Program-made: the position numbers and the translations under genes | Notes under the pieces: generated by a model | The model's input: the letters and a program-made list of their open reading frames with translations, nothing else | Told to the model about the DNA's origin: nothing | The model's database searches: none | Virus record (IMG/VR): IMGVR_UViG_3300043117_000361 | Length of the DNA stretch: 64,000 bases | Strand: one strand, 5' to 3' | Origin: an uncultured virus (IMG/VR IMGVR_UViG_3300043117_000361) | Lineage: Duplodnaviria > Heunggongvirae > Uroviricota > Caudoviricetes | Shown here: one piece after another, positions 59,495 to 64,000 of the stretch | Position numbering within the stretch: the first letter of the stretch is position 1 | Layout: each line of letters opens with the position of its first letter

Positions 59495-60052
59495 ATGCAG
59501 AAGATTATCAGCTTGTTTCAGAGAAATTATGAGACGGATAGACTCGTGAGGGATGAAGTCGTACCAGGTGCTGAATGGGTACTGAACGGTGAAGGCACCG
59601 CAACTCGGAAGTGGGACGGGATGTGCTGCATGGTGCGTAATGGACAACTGTTCAAGCGATATGAAGTGAAGCGAGGTAAGGCCTTTCCGCCTGACTTTGA
59701 GCCTGCTTGCGATATTGACCCGAATACGGGCAAGCAGCAGGGATGGCGTCCGGTTGGAGACGGGCCGGAAGACCGCTGGTTCCGTGAAGCGTTTACCGGG
59801 GAAGAACCGGACGGCACTTATGAACTGATTGGGCCAAAGGTGCAAGGCAACCCAGAAGGATTTAACTCGCATACGCTCGTTCCGCACGGTCAGCATCCCG
59901 TTGCCGCACCACGCACCTTCGACAAACTGCGGGAGTGGTTCAAGGGACCGGGGAGCGATATCGAGGGCGTGGTATGGTGGCACGACGATGGACGAAAGGT
60001 GAAGATCAAGGCCAAGGACTTCGGGATTCGCCGTGTTGCCAACCAGCGATAA
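59495..60052 (+). CDS. RNA-ligase-like nucleotidyltransferase
   Basis: TRKWDG (KxDG), YELIG, IEGVVW, KIK. Confidence 0.7.
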   Translation: MQKIISLFQRNYETDRLVRDEVVPGAEWVLNGEGTATRKWDGMCCMVRNGQLFKRYEVKRGKAFPPDFEPACDIDPNTGKQQGWRPVGDGPEDRWFREAFTGEEPDGTYELIGPKVQGNPEGFNSHTLVPHGQHPVAAPRTFDKLREWFKGPGSDIEGVVWWHDDGRKVKIKAKDFGIRRVANQR

Positions 60053-60072
60053 TTAATAAAAAAGAGCGAAAA

Positions 60073-60369
60073 ATGAGCGAATATTGCAAAAACTGTAAAG
60101 AACTACAGGATAAAATAGATAACATTAGAACTATAGTTTCTAATAGAACCATGCTTGAGCAGCTGGATGCGTTCAAGTTGTACGACGCTTTTCTCACATT
60201 AATGTCCGGAATAAATATGTTTTCGGCAGATAATCTGAGGCGCGTTCGTGACGAGATAAAATATGTGTCACAATATGAAAATGAGGATGAGCATCTTGTT
60301 TATATGGCACGCAGCATTATAGTCGCGCTGGAAACTGAAATAGGCTCACGGAAAGATTGTGGAAACTAG
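60073..60369 (+). CDS. Hypothetical protein
   Basis: MSEYCKNC...; start inferred. Confidence 0.5.
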   Translation: MSEYCKNCKELQDKIDNIRTIVSNRTMLEQLDAFKLYDAFLTLMSGINMFSADNLRRVRDEIKYVSQYENEDEHLVYMARSIIVALETEIGSRKDCGN

Positions 60370-61199
60370 TTAAAATAATCCATCTTTTTGGGCATGAAAG
60401 GAGAATGATGATCTTTAACGGAAGCGACAAAATTAAGGATGACGAAGGCGACTACCTTGTGCTGGCTGACTATGGTTGCGAGGGGTTTTCGGTGGCTCAT
60501 CAGGCGGGGACGCATGAAGATGCCCTGCGGTGGATGATGAGATGTGACTATGGATGCCCGCAAACGCTGGTCAAACTGGTGCGAGTGGACACGCTGGATG
60601 TTGATCTGCTCGGCGCTACTGCTGAGCAGCAAGGCAGTGAGCATCCTGCTGATGGGCAAACCGAAGGGCGACATAATGCCACCGAACACGGCAATAAGCC
60701 TGCGGAGGTCTGGTCTTGCCCGTGGTGCGGGCACAATGAGACGTGGTTTGATAATACAATCTCATGCCTGCCTGACGGGACAGGGACCGGAATGAAAACG
60801 CGATGCATCAAGTGTGGAAGGGCTATAGATGATTTGCCTCTTCCGAAAGTCTACGAGCTGATTGTTGTGAATGGTGATCAGATTTTATGCGAGAGATGTT
60901 ATCGTGAGTTATTTAATGATCTTGATCCTGCTACGCATCTTTGTACGACTACTAAGCACGGAGAATGCAGCTCATGTGGGGCAAGTGTCACCAGCTCGAT
61001 TAAAATAAAAAACAATGAAATAGAGCATATTACAGAAAAACAAGCAATCAAAGAGAACGCGATCCGATTAGCTGACGACCACCGTAAGCACTGTGACGGA
61101 TCCTGCTGTAATATCTTGTTATATCTATTGAAGCGGGTGCTTACCTTAGCTGGGATCACATTAAAGTATAAACAGGCTACCAAACAGTACGCATCTTGA
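60357..61199 (+). CDS. Mosaic multi-Zn-finger hypothetical protein
   Basis: CPWC, CIKC, CERC, CSSC motifs; start uncertain. Confidence 0.55.
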   Translation: MWKLVKIIHLFGHERRMMIFNGSDKIKDDEGDYLVLADYGCEGFSVAHQAGTHEDALRWMMRCDYGCPQTLVKLVRVDTLDVDLLGATAEQQGSEHPADGQTEGRHNATEHGNKPAEVWSCPWCGHNETWFDNTISCLPDGTGTGMKTRCIKCGRAIDDLPLPKVYELIVVNGDQILCERCYRELFNDLDPATHLCTTTKHGECSSCGASVTSSIKIKNNEIEHITEKQAIKENAIRLADDHRKHCDGSCCNILLYLLKRVLTLAGITLKYKQATKQYAS

Positions 61200-61472
61200 A
61201 CGGTTTTAAGCGAGATGAAGTAAATTTTTGTTGGGCGCAAGCAGGAGGGAAAAATGTGAAAAGATATTGTCAAGTAACGGTAAGGCCATATAAAGTGCGC
61301 AAATATCCATTTAAGGCGAAAGAAATTGTCTTTACGGTTTGTCGAGCAAACGCAGTGCAAGCAGTCGAGATGCTGATGTGCTATATGGGATATGGGGCAT
61401 CACAGTATCGGATCGTTTCGGCAGAGGATGTTTCTTCGTCAACAATAAGTTGAGCATTGAAAAAAGGAGCGG

Positions 61473-61775
61473 ATGACAATGAATAAACTCTACGATGTAA
61501 TGATTGAATATCTTGGCAGAAAGGAGCAGGACAAGTTTCCTTTATCTACTATCTGTCTTGGGAGGGACGGGACGTTCCTCGTGATGGACTCGGAAGGAAA
61601 GGCTGTCCGTTTCGTCGCCAAAGACTGTAAGGTAGAAGAGATTGCCGCGCACGTAATTATCCTGCGAGGATATACTGATAAACCGGAGCATATTTCGGCT
61701 TATTGTACATATTCCAACGAGCACAGAACGTCAGTAAAGGAAAAAGATGAATTAGAAGTGCAAGCGATGCGATAA
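61473..61775 (+). CDS. Hypothetical protein
   Basis: AAAGGAG RBS. Confidence 0.55.
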   Translation: MTMNKLYDVMIEYLGRKEQDKFPLSTICLGRDGTFLVMDSEGKAVRFVAKDCKVEEIAAHVIILRGYTDKPEHISAYCTYSNEHRTSVKEKDELEVQAMR

Positions 61776-62600
61776 CTATCGTCCGATGAGAACGAAGTAC
61801 GCAGCGCATGAGGCTGTGTAAGGCCACAGAGGAAATGAATAAAAGGAGATGAACAATGGCGAACAATGAAATGACACCAGTATATAATGCGGAGAAGCAA
61901 CGGACGTCGCAGGTAAACGAACAGATGGAATGGATCGAAAAAGCCATGAGCCAGGTGGACGGCAGCATGGGGCGGCTGGAGGATCGCCTTCACGCCGTGC
62001 TCCGCTAGGAGCCGCCGATCGACCATGGCACGTGCTCCGAGTGCCCGCAGCTCGTACCGCTTGCGGAGAGGCTCATGTCGTTTGCGGATAAGGTTGCCGC
62101 GACTGGCGACCGTGTGAACAATATGATTGATCGGCTGGAACTGTAGCCGCTTCAACGAAAAGAGTCACGGTTCCGAATAACAGGCAGAGAGATTATTTTT
62201 TTATGATAACTAGATGTGTTAGAACTATTATGTGGCTGGGCAAAATAGAAACAATTACCTGTAATGAACACTCTTTTGCATGGTCGGGACAAATTCCGTG
62301 TACAGGCATGCGAAGATGCATTTACTGCGGTGTTTATGAGCATGATCTTATAGAGCAAGCTAAAAACAGTAAACAGTCTCTCTATAGTCGTGTTATCGAG
62401 TTTTTTGTTGGTTTATTTAAAAAGAAAGGAAATCATGGAAACCGAAGAAGCGTTGGAAATAGTCTATAATATGGCCAATAAACTGTATAATAGGTATTCG
62501 CACGAGACGGATGATCCGGATAAATCAAAGCAGGCCTTGGATATGGTGCATGATTTTGTGGTTAATGACTGCTGTTGCAGGCCCTGCTCAAAGGTAATAA

Positions 62601-62838
62601 AATGAAAAAAGTAAAATTTACTGATACCAGAGTTAAAACAGGCGGGGTTATGAGGTGTTGTTTTGCCTCTATTAAAAAGGACTATGATGAGAATCATGCC
62701 AATAATGACGAAGTTAAGATAGGGGCTAATCTCAGATGTCGGTATTGTGATACAGCATTTACACTTATAGATAGAGAGCCGAACCCTATATGGACACCCG
62801 ATTGGCAGCTGGAAGATTCCGATACAGATCAGGAATAG
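62601..62838 (+). CDS. Small Cys-containing hypothetical protein (start approximate)
   Basis: GGVMRCC...CRYC. Confidence 0.5.
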
Positions 62839-62927
62839 TTTAATTGATCGCAGCGCCTTGCTTTATTGCGGGGCGCTGTACTTTATGGCCATTATTGCTG
62901 TTTTGTTTTTTTTTACCTATTTAAAGT

Positions 62928-62945
62928 TTTGATATGCATATCAAA
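62928..62945. repeat. 18-bp palindrome, copy 3
   Basis: TTTGATATGCATATCAAA, intergenic. Confidence 0.85.
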
Positions 62946-63014
62946 GCCGAATAGGATCTGCACTATGCCTATTTTTGGAATTCGGGGCCTATCAGAATGT
63001 GTTTTAATAAGGGT

Positions 63015-63044
63015 TTGACTGTACAAATACACATATGGTATAGT
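63015..63044 (+). promoter_or_regulatory. Sigma70-like promoter
   Basis: TTGACT...TGGTATAGT upstream of 63091. Confidence 0.55.
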
Positions 63045-63090
63045 ATTAACAGTTGCAACATATTAGAAGATTTTAAACAGGAATCAAGCT

Positions 63091-64000
63091 ATGCCTAGTG
63101 CTGATGAAGCTCAATTCGAGACCACTTTCTCTAATCTGGCCTATGTACATTTGCGGGACAGAGCCCCTAAACTTCTTGATTATCTTATTGGTTTTCAGTT
63201 GTTAGATAAAAATGAAGATGACACTAAAGCAGCGGGGGTATTTGGTATAAAGATTGAAAAAACCTGGCTGTATGTAGTGTCCTTCTTTATCAGGGGAGAG
63301 CTTAAAGGCTGTGACAGTATCTATATTAAAAGCAAGAACACAGTAGTTCCCCTGGAGGAGAATTGGGTAAACTATATTTTATCCCGCAAACCTTCGGTCA
63401 TGGGAGGCCCAGACGAAACCACTATGAGCGACCTAGCCAAATATGAGCCGTCTTTTAATGAGTATTTTGACAGTCCGTTCTCAAAAAACTCGTTTTGTGA
63501 ATATGACGGTACAGATAATGTATACGGGAAATGCCTGATAGGCAGTAAATTTGACATAAGACCTTGTCTGCCATTATTTTATGCGTCTCCCAATTCTGAA
63601 ATATATAAAAAATCCGCAGAAAGAACTAAATTGGCCTCTGTTGTCAGGGAATACGGCGAATTTCCTCTTAAAATAGTCGCAAACACCATACGTGAGAACA
63701 AAAAGTTTGCTGATTTGATGAAAGAGCACATACAGGCCGATGATTTGGTTTATGACGATGTATCGTCTGAAAATAAGAAAGAACTGCGGCCGCCATCTGA
63801 TGACGAGCTTAAAGAAAAGGACATAGACAGGGCTTTGTTTAACTATTATGTACGCAATATAGCTGCCAGGGGGTTCTACAGGGGAGCCCGTCCTGTAGGG
63901 GATGTCATAGACTTGCTCAAATCACGTGGAATAAACAATGCCAACGATCTGAGAAACAGATTGAGCATGATTACTGTGGCTCCTTTGAATCCGGCTTTAA
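63091..64000 (+). CDS. Large hypothetical protein, truncated by the window end (not in the ORF track)
   Basis: Open frame MPSADEAQFETTFSNLAY... to the end of the window. Confidence 0.75.
   Translation, partial: MPSADEAQFETTFSNLAYVHLRDRAPKLLDYLIGFQLLDKNEDDTKAAGVFGIKIEKTWLYVVSFFIRGELKGCDSIYIKSKNTVVPLEENWVNYILSRKPSVMGGPDETTMSDLAKYEPSFNEYFDSPFSKNSFCEYDGTDNVYGKCLIGSKFDIRPCLPLFYASPNSEIYKKSAERTKLASVVREYGEFPLKIVANTIRENKKFADLMKEHIQADDLVYDDVSSENKKELRPPSDDELKEKDIDRALFNYYVRNIAARGFYRGARPVGDVIDLLKSRGINNANDLRNRLSMITVAPLNPAL

Larger units (their letters stand above)
49751..60052 (-). mobile_element. Integron-like cassette array (about 30 attC-like sites, no integrase in the window; CALIN-like)
   Basis: Imperfect hairpins bounded by ...AAC and GTT... 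at about 49751, 50065, 50422, 50756, 50996, 51279, 51491, 51712, 51872, 52075, 52338, 52657, 53428, 53690, 53936, 54194, 54403, 54679, 54933, 55142, 55408, 55659, 55925, 56141, 57551, 58116, 58345, 58498, 58719 and 58958. The minus strand reads like canonical attC, e.g. GCCCAAC-AAGGC-GCTCCAGC...GTTGAGC-TAGTT-ATT. Confidence 0.8.

Noticed and set aside
49751..60052. CRISPR array or REP/BIME interpretation of the repeats
   Set aside because: The repeats vary in length and sequence, the intervals are gene-sized ORFs, and the ends follow AAC/GTT attC grammar; no cas genes are present.
1..64000. Alternative genetic code (stop-codon reassignment)
   Set aside because: Long conserved genes are intact in the standard code, and TAA, TAG and TGA all serve as stops.

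Overview
This window looks like part of a large (jumbo) bacteriophage genome; the host cannot be determined. From left to right: (1) nucleotide metabolism and DNA processing genes (dUTPase, class II ribonucleotide reductase, HNH, DEDDh exonuclease, RecU-like resolvase) and an AT-rich non-coding gap at ~8.2-8.8 kb. (2) A complete ubiquitin-like conjugation cluster (E2-like, JAB, E1/ThiF, tandem Ubl, second E2-like; 10.8-16.2 kb). (3) An IS607 element. (4) A portal-like gene and Gly-rich virion-like proteins around an unusual multisubunit RNA polymerase: beta is fused to the N-half of beta' (23.3-27.7 kb) and the beta' C-half lies 14 kb away (41.6-43.5 kb). (5) A free-standing intein-like ORF, a solo TnpB, a LAGLIDADG nuclease, MYG1, two tRNAs, a phosphoesterase-ligase and a lytic transglycosylase. 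(6) A visibly more GC-rich ~10 kb tract (49.7-60.1 kb) of tiny ORFs separated by about 30 integron attC-like hairpins, with no integrase in the window. In this tract almost all ORFs run antisense to the canonical cassette orientation. They enter the next site with its AAC core read in frame as Asn and stop inside it, and often start inside the preceding site. This suggests a frame-locked, shuffle-compatible cassette system, the strongest candidate for an undescribed system here. A recurrent 15-bp promoter-like motif (7 copies) and an 18-bp perfect palindrome (3 copies) were also seen. All functional calls come from motif recognition by eye; no database searches were run.
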